The notes under the pieces were generated by a model, which made no database searches, was not told the origin of the DNA, and saw only the letters and a program-made list of their open reading frames with translations. Position numbers and translations under genes: made by a program. 64,000 bases of DNA from an uncultured Candidatus Binatia bacterium. GTDB lineage: Bacteria; Desulfobacterota; Binatia; Bin18. Shown one piece after another: positions 18,250 through 27,768 of the stretch. Each line of letters starts with the position of its first letter. The first letter of the stretch is position 1. The DNA is taken from positions 899,704 through 963,703 of the forward strand of contig CBDCPK010000005.1 of assembly GCA_965220195.1 (NCBI GenBank). Direction: 5' to 3'.

Positions 18250-20772
18250 CTATGACCAGGCCGCTGCTTCTTGCTGCGGCGCAGTGCTCATGCCAGCCGC
18301 TTTTCCTTCGCCATACACAAACCGTGGCCGAAACCGATTCAAGATCGCCGGCAGGACCGTCATCGACACAACCAGACAGGCGGCCATATTGAGCGACAGC
18401 ATCGCGCCCAAGTAAAAGTTTACCCGGAAGTTGGAGGAGAGCAGGACCAGGAAGCCGGCGATGACCACCACGGCATTAAAAAAGATCGCCTTGCCTGAGG
18501 TCGCCAGCGTGGCCGCCGTAATCTGGGCCGGGTCGGTCAGCCCCTCCTGGACTTTGAACCGGTACTTACTCAGAAAGTGAATAGTATAGTCGATGCCAAT
18601 GCCAATGACCATACCCGCGGTGAGCGATTTCCCAAGCTCCAACGGGATTCCTAACAGCCCGAGTAGGCCAAAACTAAAGATCATCACCAGGCTGATGGGA
18701 ATGATATTAATCAGGCCGGCGACCCAGGAGCGAAACATGAGCGTGGTGAGCAGAAAGACCGCGCCCAGCGAAGTCACCAAAGTCGAGACCTGTCCGGACA
18801 CTACCAATTCGCTCAAGTGTTTGAACTTGTAGCCATTGCCCGCAATCCCGATCCGAAAGCCACTGTTCGTCTCCCAGCCGGTCACCGTAGGCTCAATGCC
18901 GGTCAGCCAGCGACCCAAGCGGAGGCCAAACGGGTCATCTGCTGCCGTGCTGGAGTCTCGGTTATAGCCAAACTCACGGATGGCGAAGTCGCGGATAATG
19001 TTGACAACCCGCGTCACATCCCGGGTGCGATCGGTGCGCAGAAACACTACTACGTTGGCATGTTGGTAGTCGTAGTCCACGACTTCGTCGAAATCATCCG
19101 GATCCCCGGAGAACGAGTACAGCAACAGATACTGGGCGACGAGATCCTTGGAGGTCGGGATGACTTCCATCTCGGGGCGATCCTCGTTCATAATCCGGTT
19201 CATCCGCTTGATATATTCCGCGAGCGACAAGGAGCCGCCCACGACAGGGTCTTGCTCAACCGTCGCTTGCAGGCGGTCCAGTTGATCGAGCAGGACCGGA
19301 TCTTTGAGCCGATTCTGCTCATGCCCCTCGATCGCCACATAGATGGGGACGGTCCCCTGAAATTTTTCACGCAAGATCGTATCGCTCATGCGCAGCGCGT
19401 TGTCCGGGGCCAGGATACCAATCCACGTCGAGTCGACAAAAATTCGTTGCGCCCCGAACAGGCACAGACCCATCACGATTGCGGTCGGCACCCAGACTGT
19501 GAGTGGGCGGCGTGCCACGCCACGGCCTACGCGCGCCAATAGCGTGGCGGCCCAGCCGGTGGCGGCCATGTCGCCACGCTGCTCTCTCTGCCGACGCAGC
19601 CCTCGGCTGACGGTGGGTGACAACAGGCTCAGCATGGCGGGGAAAAAGGTGAGCGAGAAGACCATCGCGACCAAGACGCCCACGGCGGTAAACACCCCGA
19701 ATTGCCAAATCGGGACAATGGCACACGTCAGAAAGGAGAGGAACCCGGCGGCGGTGGTCAGCGAGGTTAAAATGACAGGTTGCCACATCTCCCGCATGGT
19801 CGCCAGCACGGCGTCAGGCGAGGATGTGTCAGGCTGTTCCAACAGTTCATCGTAATACCGGCTCAGAATATGAATGCCATCCGCCACGCCGATGGCCATG
19901 AGGACGACCGGCATCATGGAGGTGATGAAGAACATCGGGGTACCGAGCACTGCCATAATGCCGAGTGTCCAGATGACCGACACGACAACGACGGCCAGTG
20001 GGAGAAGGACGCCACGGATGCTGCGGTAGGTACAATACAAAGTCACCACAATCACGATCAGGACCAGGGGCAGGAAGGTTGCGGTGTCGCGCGCGCCCTC
20101 TTCCTCGAAGGTGACCTCAATCGCGCCACGCCCGGCAAGCTGGAATGCTTCCGGCACCCCCGTCGCTTTTTTGGCCTCGAGCATGTCGTGGATGGCAGTG
20201 TACACCGCCATCCGCCGCAGCGAGCCCTCCTGCGTGCCGTCTGCCTGTTCCATCTTGGCTATAATGAGCAGTCCGGTCCCGTCCTGGGATACGACCCAAT
20301 TGACGAACATGTGGTTGGCGAATAGGGCCTGTTTGAGGTCGGCCAGGGCTTCCTCGGCCTCGGGTACGGTTGCCATAAACGGATCGACGTTCATGCCATC
20401 GACCGTACCGATGATGTTATCCATGGTGGCGACACTAGCCACATCTTCGTCACGAATGGCTTTGATGCCCGGCAGAAGGGCGATCTGTTCCGAGAATTCT
20501 TTGACAATGCCGAGTGTCCGCGGGTTAAAGACGCCATTTTCGTCGGCGTTGTCGTTTGTCACGCCGACCATAATGAGATCACGGATGCCAAACCGTTCTT
20601 CAACCACCTCGTTATAGTTGATGATCGGATCATCGTCCGGGAAAACGGCGTCCACGTCGCCTTCCAGGCGTAAGGTTTGAATCGGGAGAGCGATGAGCAC
20701 GGTACTCCCGAGGACCAGCGTGATGACCAGCCAGCGGAAACGGATAATGTTCCGAAAGAACGATTCCATCAT
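18250..20772 (-). CDS. MMPL/RND superfamily transporter (paralog 3 of 3)
   Basis: 840 aa. Its N-terminus MMESFFRNIIRFRWLVITLVLG matches the other two paralogs. Confidence 0.85.
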   Translation of the reverse strand: MMESFFRNIIRFRWLVITLVLGSTVLIALPIQTLRLEGDVDAVFPDDDPIINYNEVVEERFGIRDLIMVGVTNDNADENGVFNPRTLGIVKEFSEQIALLPGIKAIRDEDVASVATMDNIIGTVDGMNVDPFMATVPEAEEALADLKQALFANHMFVNWVVSQDGTGLLIIAKMEQADGTQEGSLRRMAVYTAIHDMLEAKKATGVPEAFQLAGRGAIEVTFEEEGARDTATFLPLVLIVIVVTLYCTYRSIRGVLLPLAVVVVSVIWTLGIMAVLGTPMFFITSMMPVVLMAIGVADGIHILSRYYDELLEQPDTSSPDAVLATMREMWQPVILTSLTTAAGFLSFLTCAIVPIWQFGVFTAVGVLVAMVFSLTFFPAMLSLLSPTVSRGLRRQREQRGDMAATGWAATLLARVGRGVARRPLTVWVPTAIVMGLCLFGAQRIFVDSTWIGILAPDNALRMSDTILREKFQGTVPIYVAIEGHEQNRLKDPVLLDQLDRLQATVEQDPVVGGSLSLAEYIKRMNRIMNEDRPEMEVIPTSKDLVAQYLLLYSFSGDPDDFDEVVDYDYQHANVVVFLRTDRTRDVTRVVNIIRDFAIREFGYNRDSSTAADDPFGLRLGRWLTGIEPTVTGWETNSGFRIGIAGNGYKFKHLSELVVSGQVSTLVTSLGAVFLLTTLMFRSWVAGLINIIPISLVMIFSFGLLGLLGIPLELGKSLTAGMVIGIGIDYTIHFLSKYRFKVQEGLTDPAQITAATLATSGKAIFFNAVVVIAGFLVLLSSNFRVNFYLGAMLSLNMAACLVVSMTVLPAILNRFRPRFVYGEGKAAGMSTAPQQEAAAWS

Positions 20773-20918
20773 ATTTCTTCAGCCAATGAGCGCAGATAGT
20801 CTGCCCGGCGGGCATTGATGGCAACCGCATAGCCGCCTTGGGAAAAGCGGCGGGCGAGCGCGGCGCCCAAGCCTGGGCCCACTCCGGTTATCGCTGCAAC
20901 TGGTTTTGATTCTGCCAT
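20769..20918 (-). pseudogene. SDR family oxidoreductase, N-terminal 49-aa fragment
   Basis: MAESKPVAAITGVGPGLGAALARRFSQGGYAVAINARRADYLRSLAEEI then a stop. It has the Rossmann TGxxxGxG N-terminus of an SDR, but the stop falls 8 nt before the MMPL paralog-3 start. A full-length SDR is about 250 aa. Confidence 0.45.
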
Positions 20919-21046
20919 ACGTATTTTCTCCCTATCTGACTCAACAGGTACTCTGCACTTGTCTCCATCACTTGCAAAAAGCAAGCGGCGGGAGAGTACC
21001 TCAACTGATTGTGTAAGGCAAGTGGTTAGGGTAAAGAGAATGAGAT

Positions 21047-21484
21047 ATGGGGTCCAACGCGGAGACACGCCGGTCCGGCTGCCCGATTAGTTGCTCTCTG
21101 GATTTGCTGGGCGATAAGTGGAGCCTGCTGATCGTGCGCGACATGGTCATGCTGAGGAAGCACTATTTTAAGGAATTCCTTGCCTCGGCCGAAGGTATCG
21201 CGACCAACATCCTGACCGATCGGCTCAACCGGCTTGAGGGTGGTGGTATTATCTCCAAGCAGCCCGACCCCGAGAACCGGAGACGGATCGTCTACACGCT
21301 GACCGAGAAGGGCGTTGCCCTGATTCCCGTCTTGGTAGAGCTGATGAGCTGGGGAAAAATCTACGCTGGTACGACCAGTGTCGGCCGCGACAAGGCTCGA
21401 CGGATGCAGCAGGACAGGCGGTACAAGCAACGGGTCATACGCGAACTGACGGAAGGCTGTACCTCTACCCCTGGGCGCTCTTAG
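21047..21484 (+). CDS. HxlR family winged-helix transcriptional regulator
   Basis: CPISCSLDLLGDKWSLLIVRDM...RIVYTLTEKG is the classic HxlR signature. Confidence 0.8.
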   Translation: MGSNAETRRSGCPISCSLDLLGDKWSLLIVRDMVMLRKHYFKEFLASAEGIATNILTDRLNRLEGGGIISKQPDPENRRRIVYTLTEKGVALIPVLVELMSWGKIYAGTTSVGRDKARRMQQDRRYKQRVIRELTEGCTSTPGRS

Positions 21485-22308
21485 CCCTCCCTCCGCTCCT
21501 CAAATGTCTGATCGATCCGTTCAAACCGCCGCCGGATGGGCGTCCGACTTTCCTCGTGAGGCAGGATGTAGAGCCGGTTGACAACAACGGCATCCACGAC
21601 TTGCGCGGCAACATCATCGACGTCCAGGACCCGACCGGCGAGATTTTGATTGTCCTCTCCCTGGTCAAGCACCGGCGGTGACGCTTCCGGGCCACCCAAC
21701 TCGTCGGGACGATTGCGCTCCGAGTGCCCGATATTGGTGGCTACCCGCATCGGACACAGGACCGATACGCCAATGTCGTGCGCTCGCAGCTCTCGACGCA
21801 GGACTTCGGCTAAAGCCACGACCCCATACTTGGAAACACAGTACGGACCAAGCCCAACGTTGGGAACGAGGCCGGCAAACGAGGCGGTAAACAGCATATG
21901 CCCGCCCTGGCCTTGGGCGATCATGCGTTGCGTAAAGGCTTCAACACCGTGGATCGGCCCCCATAAATTGACCCGCATGGTCCACTCCCAGTCACTATGC
22001 TGCATCTCGGCGATTGGCCCGCCAACGGCAACCCCGGCATTATGGAACACAATGTGAACCGCGCCCATTTTTTCAAACGCGGTGTCTGCCAGGTGTTGAA
22101 CGGCCTTCAGGTCGCCGACATCACAGACCACTCCTTCTACGGCGGTACCCGTGGCCGCCAGCTCGGTGGCTGCCCGGTCCAGGGCCGACTCTTCAATATC
22201 GGCTAACACGAGTCGGACGCCACGACTGGCAAGGCGGAGGGCGGTGGCAAAGCCTATCCCACTGGCTCCACCCGTAATGACGGCGACTTTGTCGGTGAGG
22301 TGTTCCAT
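21481..22308 (-). CDS. SDR family oxidoreductase
   Basis: VAVITGGASGIGFATA Rossmann motif, NAG, and the YxxxK catalytic dyad (YCVSK). Confidence 0.85.
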   Translation of the reverse strand: MEHLTDKVAVITGGASGIGFATALRLASRGVRLVLADIEESALDRAATELAATGTAVEGVVCDVGDLKAVQHLADTAFEKMGAVHIVFHNAGVAVGGPIAEMQHSDWEWTMRVNLWGPIHGVEAFTQRMIAQGQGGHMLFTASFAGLVPNVGLGPYCVSKYGVVALAEVLRRELRAHDIGVSVLCPMRVATNIGHSERNRPDELGGPEASPPVLDQGEDNQNLAGRVLDVDDVAAQVVDAVVVNRLYILPHEESRTPIRRRFERIDQTFEERREG

Positions 22309-22351
22309 GCTTCATCTCCTCTCACAAGTGTTTGTCGGTGTGTCACCGTGC

Positions 22352-24088
22352 CTACTCGGCGACTAAAAGCCCCTCGATAAAGTGGAGGTCGGCGGTCTGC
22401 ATATCGATGACCAGGACCTCTTCAAGCCTGTCACGCGCATAGGCCGACAGGGGGTCCAGGGCGGACAGCTCTTGTGGCGTGATTACGAGTGGTGAGCGGC
22501 GAGCCCCCCTTATGAAGGGGGGTTGGGGGGATAGAAATTGCGTCTGGAAGGTCTCCCAACGTTCTCCGAGCATTGCCTGTGGAAGCTGCGCGTGAAGTGC
22601 CTGAAGCTCGGCCCGGTTCAAGGGGTGAATGGTGAGCTGCTTTTTAAGAGAAGAGCCGAGCACCCAACGCGCAAAGGCCGTATTCCAAAGCGCGGTCAGG
22701 CCGACGCCTTCCGGCGCCTTTTCTTCAGGCAGTATGGCCCAGTGCCGGAAGAGCCGGAACCAGGTCGGGATCCGGGCCAGCAGCGATTCGACCTGCCGCA
22801 CTTCAGACAGATGCTCGAAGCGTCGGGACACGATCTCGCCCGGTGTCTCCAGACCAACAAAAAAGAGCGGCTCGCGTCGTCTGATCCCGGCATACATCTC
22901 CCGAAACGGCGGATCAAGATAGCTTTCCCATTCGGACAGACCGCTCTCCTCTAACTGCGTGGCCATGAGACCGGCCTGCTGCTGGAGCCGCTGCAACAAG
23001 CCCCAGCCGATCTGGAAGAATGGACGCATCTGCGTCGTCTGGAGGAGTTCGTGCGCAGCGACCTCATCTTCCTTGGCCGCGTAGGACAGACCAATATTGA
23101 CATAGTCGTGCGCCATGCCGACGCAGCGACGAATCTCGCTGACTTCTCCAGTATCCCGGGCCTCCGCCGTGACAATACTATTGGTCAGATAGGCGAGTTC
23201 CTGACCGATCTGCGCAATGGTCTGGCGTGGCAGGCCCGCCAACACCAGAGAGAAGAAAGACGTGGGCTCGGAGAGAAGCGCTAAGGCATGATCGGGTGGC
23301 GTAAGGGTGTCGTCCCCGGCAGCAAGATGCAGCGTGTCAGGGAGACGTGGATATGTCTGCAAAGAAACGGAGTCCGGCGGGAGAAAGCGGAAGAGCGTTT
23401 GCGCCTCTTCATATCCCGGATAGCCACGATCTTCGAGGCGCGCCGCGCGCCAGCGAAACGCCTGTTCTTCAAGGCCGCTTTCGAGTTCAAACAAACTGTT
23501 TTCGAGGGCATGGAGATACCTGCGGTAATCGAGCGTACGAAGCTGCTCAAGCAGGAGGTATAAAATCGGTTCCGACTCACCCCGGAAGCGGAGGAGATAT
23601 TGCTCATCGAAGGTGAAATATTTGGACTCGTCAAAGTCCGGCTCTTCCTCAACGTCCACTTTGCGGACAACCTCAAAGTGGCGTTGAATCAGGAGGACCA
23701 GGAGTTCGATGTCGGCGTGCAAAACCCATTCGGCCAGCTTACTGCTCCCGCCTTCATCGAGCAGCATCAGCCAGTTCGTCAAGCGCCCGTCATCCAAGCT
23801 GTCCTTGCGCCAACAATCCAGGTCGAGCAGGTCCCGCACCTGTTCAGGCGACGCCATGGCCAGGAGTCCGACCGCATCGTGCAGCCCAATCTCCTTGAGC
23901 GTGTACAATAAGGTCTCCGAGGATAGCGCCCGGACGATTGCCACACCATTCTTTGCGGAGAGGAGGAAGGCTTGCCGATCTGTGGCATCGAGCTGCACCA
24001 GTCGAGCCGCCTGCTCGGCGACTGATAGCGCAGGCAGATCGACTAAGTCGAGATGGGGCATATATTCAGAATCGGCCATATCTTTCAC
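22352..24088 (-). CDS. hypothetical protein (578 aa), translationally coupled to the upstream ICL/PEP-mutase-family gene
   Basis: Long ORF with coding-like composition. Its start overlaps the stop of 24085..24957 (ATGA). No motif I can name. Confidence 0.65.
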   Translation of the reverse strand: MKDMADSEYMPHLDLVDLPALSVAEQAARLVQLDATDRQAFLLSAKNGVAIVRALSSETLLYTLKEIGLHDAVGLLAMASPEQVRDLLDLDCWRKDSLDDGRLTNWLMLLDEGGSSKLAEWVLHADIELLVLLIQRHFEVVRKVDVEEEPDFDESKYFTFDEQYLLRFRGESEPILYLLLEQLRTLDYRRYLHALENSLFELESGLEEQAFRWRAARLEDRGYPGYEEAQTLFRFLPPDSVSLQTYPRLPDTLHLAAGDDTLTPPDHALALLSEPTSFFSLVLAGLPRQTIAQIGQELAYLTNSIVTAEARDTGEVSEIRRCVGMAHDYVNIGLSYAAKEDEVAAHELLQTTQMRPFFQIGWGLLQRLQQQAGLMATQLEESGLSEWESYLDPPFREMYAGIRRREPLFFVGLETPGEIVSRRFEHLSEVRQVESLLARIPTWFRLFRHWAILPEEKAPEGVGLTALWNTAFARWVLGSSLKKQLTIHPLNRAELQALHAQLPQAMLGERWETFQTQFLSPQPPFIRGARRSPLVITPQELSALDPLSAYARDRLEEVLVIDMQTADLHFIEGLLVAE

Positions 24089-24957
24089 TCGGTTTGCGTA
24101 TAGTGATCGATAAAGGCCAGCGCCTGATCCCAGCCGAGTAAGCCGTTGAACACCTCATCAAACGGCAGCATCTCGTGCCACGCCCCTTGGGTTGTGCCCG
24201 TCTCGCGGAGCGTCCGTAAGGTTTTTTTCATATGATACGCAGCCGCCAGGACGCTGGTCACCGGATAGATGGCGAGACAAAAGCCGAGCTCCTCAAGGTC
24301 ACGAGCGGGCAAGAAAGGCGTATTCCCGCCTTCAACCATGTTGACCATCAGCGGAGTAGGCGAAAATTTGCGACAGACCAGCTCCATCTGTTTGACTGAC
24401 TCAAACGCCTCAAAGAACAGCATGTCTGCCCCGGACTCCAGACAGGCGGACGCCCGTGCCATGGCATCGTCGAGTCCATTTACGGCAATCGCGTCAATCC
24501 GGGCAATGATGACGGTGTCAGGATTCGTCCGGTTGTCCACCGCGGCCCGAATTTTGGCCATATGGTCAGCGGTCGAGACCAAACGTTTTCCAGCCAGGTG
24601 GCCGCAGCGGCGCGGCACATCCTGATCCTCAATGTGGAGACCGGCGACATTCACCCGCTCATATTCCTGGACCATACGGACGACGTTCAAGACGGAACCA
24701 AAGCCCGCTTCGGCATCAGCGATAACGGGAACGCCCACCGCGCGGCAGACGCCTTCGAGTTGGATAACCATCTCGGTCAGCGTCCGCATGCCAAAGTCCG
24801 GATAGCCTAGCGCGCCAGCAGAGACACCGCCGGAGTAGTACACCAGCGGAAATCCGGCTTCTTCGACAAGCCGGGCGGAAATAACGTCATAGGCACCCGC
24901 GGCCATGAGAAAGCGGTCCTGGGAAAGCAGAGTCCGGAGGGATTGAGCTTGGGCCAT
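24085..24957 (-). CDS. isocitrate lyase/PEP mutase family protein
   Basis: 290 aa. GAYDVISARLVEEAGF...IEDQDVPRRCGHLAGK matches the ICL/PEPM superfamily active-site region (methylisocitrate lyase / carboxy-PEP mutase-like). Confidence 0.8.
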   Translation of the reverse strand: MAQAQSLRTLLSQDRFLMAAGAYDVISARLVEEAGFPLVYYSGGVSAGALGYPDFGMRTLTEMVIQLEGVCRAVGVPVIADAEAGFGSVLNVVRMVQEYERVNVAGLHIEDQDVPRRCGHLAGKRLVSTADHMAKIRAAVDNRTNPDTVIIARIDAIAVNGLDDAMARASACLESGADMLFFEAFESVKQMELVCRKFSPTPLMVNMVEGGNTPFLPARDLEELGFCLAIYPVTSVLAAAYHMKKTLRTLRETGTTQGAWHEMLPFDEVFNGLLGWDQALAFIDHYTQTE

Positions 24958-25102
24958 GAAAATAGAAACTCCTTACAGATGTGAATATCCGAAGGGACAT
25001 TTCTGACACGCGCGGTGCGCTTGTCAAGGGAGGAAGGAAAACCCAAACCTCTTGCTTTTCAGCGCGGAGTCAGCAACAAGGGCAAAAAAAGGAGGGACTA
25101 TT

Positions 25103-25720
25103 ATGAGTAATCTCGCATATCAAGACGACAGCCCATACACACTCGAACAGCTTGCCGAAGACGTGGAAGCGCTGGTCGCTCGTGAAGAGGAACACGCCGC
25201 GATTGTTGCGGCGGCGGAACCCCTGCTGGAACGTTTTCTGGCCGCCGGCAGCCTCCCGGAAGAATATTGTCAGCCGGCTCCTGGTCGTATTACTACCGAG
25301 CATAAAGACTTCACCCTGTATCGCCTCCACCGTGGGCCTGAAGACTGCTTCAATATTATGGCTGCAATCTGGCCTCCGGGCGGATCGAGCGGGGTGCACG
25401 ATCATGCCGGGAACTGGGTCGTCGAAGGCGTATATCGGAACCAACTCCATACTATTCGGTATAAACGTCTCGACGCCGGGACGCAGCCGGGGTATGCGGA
25501 ACTGCGCGAAACCACCACGCTCGATCTCCGGCCGGGTGATGTCGCTCACGTCCTGTCTCCGAATGAAGAAGTTCATGATTTTCTGAACCAGACTGACGAG
25601 CCGGTTGTGAGCGTCCATATCTATGGCGGGGATATCAGCACCGAAACGCTGAACTATTTTGACCCGGCCGGCAAGTCGGTCGAGCGTGTTGCCCACGACC
25701 TGCAATACGATAACGAATAG
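25103..25720 (+). CDS. cysteine dioxygenase-like cupin protein
   Basis: Cupin metal motif GSSGVHDHAGNWVVEG. Strong RBS AAGGAGGG 8 nt upstream of the ATG at 25103. The ORF-track start at 25052 is likely too early. Confidence 0.65.
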   Translation: MSNLAYQDDSPYTLEQLAEDVEALVAREEEHAAIVAAAEPLLERFLAAGSLPEEYCQPAPGRITTEHKDFTLYRLHRGPEDCFNIMAAIWPPGGSSGVHDHAGNWVVEGVYRNQLHTIRYKRLDAGTQPGYAELRETTTLDLRPGDVAHVLSPNEEVHDFLNQTDEPVVSVHIYGGDISTETLNYFDPAGKSVERVAHDLQYDNE

Positions 25721-25774
25721 GCGCTTCGGAGAGAAGAGACTGCCCCTATCTCTGCGTGGTCAGGCCCTCACCCT

Positions 25775-26569
25775 TCACATTAAGGAGAGCGTGACCGCCG
25801 CAGCTTCCGGGCTGAGCAGGGAAGGGGTCTTTTCCGGCAGCAGCATGAAGTCGTCATAGGCCGCTTCGGATATACTGGTCATTGTGTCAGAGTCTGAGAG
25901 CACGGCGATACCGCGTACCTTTTCCGGCTCAAAACCAAACAGGTCCTTATAGTCCTGGTAGAAATTCACGCTTTCCTGTCGCCACTCACCGGGCTCGGCC
26001 GGTCCGCGCTGTAAGACGACGACCTTGGCGCGCCAATAGACCGGGCTGTCGAAACGCGTGCCAACCGCGAGCGTCGAACTCCAGACGTATTTAATCGCCC
26101 GCGGCAGCAGGCGGCTCCCAAAAATTACGTAGACGGCCGCGGCCGAATCATTCGTTTTTTTCGCTCGTTCGTTGGCGCCGAGAGGGAGTTTGGTTGCGCG
26201 CCAGCGCCAGCGCAAAATGGGGTAGTCCTGAGGCTCACATATATGTTCTATGCCGATCTGGACATCCTGGTTGTTGGCATAGGCGTGCAGAAACCGATTG
26301 CCTTCTTCCTCGGCAATGCGGTAGACGGCCTGCGCGGTCGCTTCGCTGCCACGCACCTTCCAGCCCGACGGGAAGACACCGGCCGGGTATTGCTGAAAAG
26401 TCTCCTGAAAGGGCGTCGAGCCCTGGAGTGTCTGCGCCTGCCCATCGTCAGGGTCTACCGCTCTGGAAAGAGTAAACGTGTCCAGCATCTCACGGCTATT
26501 GGAGGATACGTTTACTCTTTGGGCCAAAACGCAGACGATCAGGAATGCCGTGAACCACACAACACGCAC
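25775..26569 (-). CDS. secreted hypothetical protein carrying an in-frame repeat-element insertion after the signal peptide
   Basis: Probable GTG start with a GGAGG RBS, giving VRVVWFTAFLIVCVLAQ (signal-peptide-like). Then RVNVSSNSREMLDTFTLS, encoded by the repeat at 26467-26520, then the mature domain (...AYANNQDVQIGIEH...). The ORF-track N-terminal extension to 26881 is unlikely. Confidence 0.45.
   Translation of the reverse strand: MRVVWFTAFLIVCVLAQRVNVSSNSREMLDTFTLSRAVDPDDGQAQTLQGSTPFQETFQQYPAGVFPSGWKVRGSEATAQAVYRIAEEEGNRFLHAYANNQDVQIGIEHICEPQDYPILRWRWRATKLPLGANERAKKTNDSAAAVYVIFGSRLLPRAIKYVWSSTLAVGTRFDSPVYWRAKVVVLQRGPAEPGEWRQESVNFYQDYKDLFGFEPEKVRGIAVLSDSDTMTSISEAAYDDFMLLPEKTPSLLSPEAAAVTLSLM
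26467..26520. repeat. palindromic MITE/REP-like element, copy 5 (inside secreted-protein CDS, in-frame)
   Basis: AAAGAGTAAACGTGTCCAGCATctcacggctATTGGAGGAtACGTTTACTCTTT. Confidence 0.8.
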
Positions 26570-26796
26570 TCTCACCTCCCCAAACCTCTCTTGCTGACCG
26601 AGTCGGGTCCGAACCGTCTCAAATAAACCATTGCGGATAGGAGCATCGATAGAGGAAGGACCTGCGGAGTGCAAGTCTGGCAAGGATGGCCGCTCTTTCG
26701 TGGCATTGGCACGTCTCCTGGGACTGTGGTATCTAGGCGGCACGCTATTAAGAACAAGCAAAGACCTGTTTGGACTTTTTGAGGAGACTGCTGCAC

Positions 26797-27768
26797 ATGG
26801 AAATTCTGGCAGAGGGGCAGGGCGCATACCTTCCCCCTGATCCCGATGGCTTCCGTGCCTGGGTGAGAGACAATAAGCCACGGACGCTCGTGCCTAAAAT
26901 GCTGAACGAGCACGAGGCAATCGAGAAGTTTGTGTCTGATGGAGACTATGTGGCGTATGACTGCAACTACTTCCAGCGCGGCCCGAGTTCGCTGATCCGC
27001 GAGATCATTCGCCAACAGAAAAAAGACCTGTGGGTCTGCGGGAAATTCACCTATGTGGCGCTCGCGCTGCTGGTCGAAGGGGGCTGCGCCACCAGGGCGG
27101 ATATCGGGTTTGTTGGTTTTGGACCATGGTTGTCCAAAGCCGTCGCAGCAGGTCGCCTCCAAACCTACGAGTACTCAAATGTGGTGATGACGTATCGTCT
27201 ACAGGCAGGCGCACAAGGCTTGCCGTTTATTGGCGTGCGCTCGTTTGGCGGGACCGAGGGCTTTCCCCAGTCCGGGGCCAAGCTGGTCACAGATCCGTTT
27301 TCGGACAAGCCGGTTGTCCTGCTACCAGCGCTGAATCCGGATGTTTCGATCATCCATGTGCATCAGGCGGACGTGTACGGCAATGCCCGTGTCTTTGGCA
27401 CTGGAATATCGCATGTTGATTGTGCCCTGGCGTCCAAAAAGGTCATTGTGTCTGCCGAAGAAATCATCGAAACGGACGAATTTCGACGCGACCCAGCCCG
27501 GACGTCCATCCCCCACTTTACGGTTGATGCGGTCGTTCATGCGCCTTTCGGCGCCTATCCGGGGACGGTCCAGGGGCGCTATGCCTCCGATGTCCAGCAC
27601 GTTGTCGAGTGTTTCGGCGGGACCATGCGCGGCGACCTGCAACCCTACCTTGAAAAATGGGTGTATAGTGTCGATTCGCACGACGAGATGTTGGAAAAGC
27701 GCGTGGGGTGGAAAAAACTCCAGGAACTACAACGCCGCGAAACCATTCGGGAGGGGTATTCGATATGA
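26797..27768 (+). CDS. CoA-transferase family I, subunit A
   Basis: Glutaconate/3-oxoacid CoA-transferase A-like sequence. GAGGAG RBS 11 nt before the ATG at 26797. Confidence 0.8.
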   Translation: MEILAEGQGAYLPPDPDGFRAWVRDNKPRTLVPKMLNEHEAIEKFVSDGDYVAYDCNYFQRGPSSLIREIIRQQKKDLWVCGKFTYVALALLVEGGCATRADIGFVGFGPWLSKAVAAGRLQTYEYSNVVMTYRLQAGAQGLPFIGVRSFGGTEGFPQSGAKLVTDPFSDKPVVLLPALNPDVSIIHVHQADVYGNARVFGTGISHVDCALASKKVIVSAEEIIETDEFRRDPARTSIPHFTVDAVVHAPFGAYPGTVQGRYASDVQHVVECFGGTMRGDLQPYLEKWVYSVDSHDEMLEKRVGWKKLQELQRRETIREGYSI

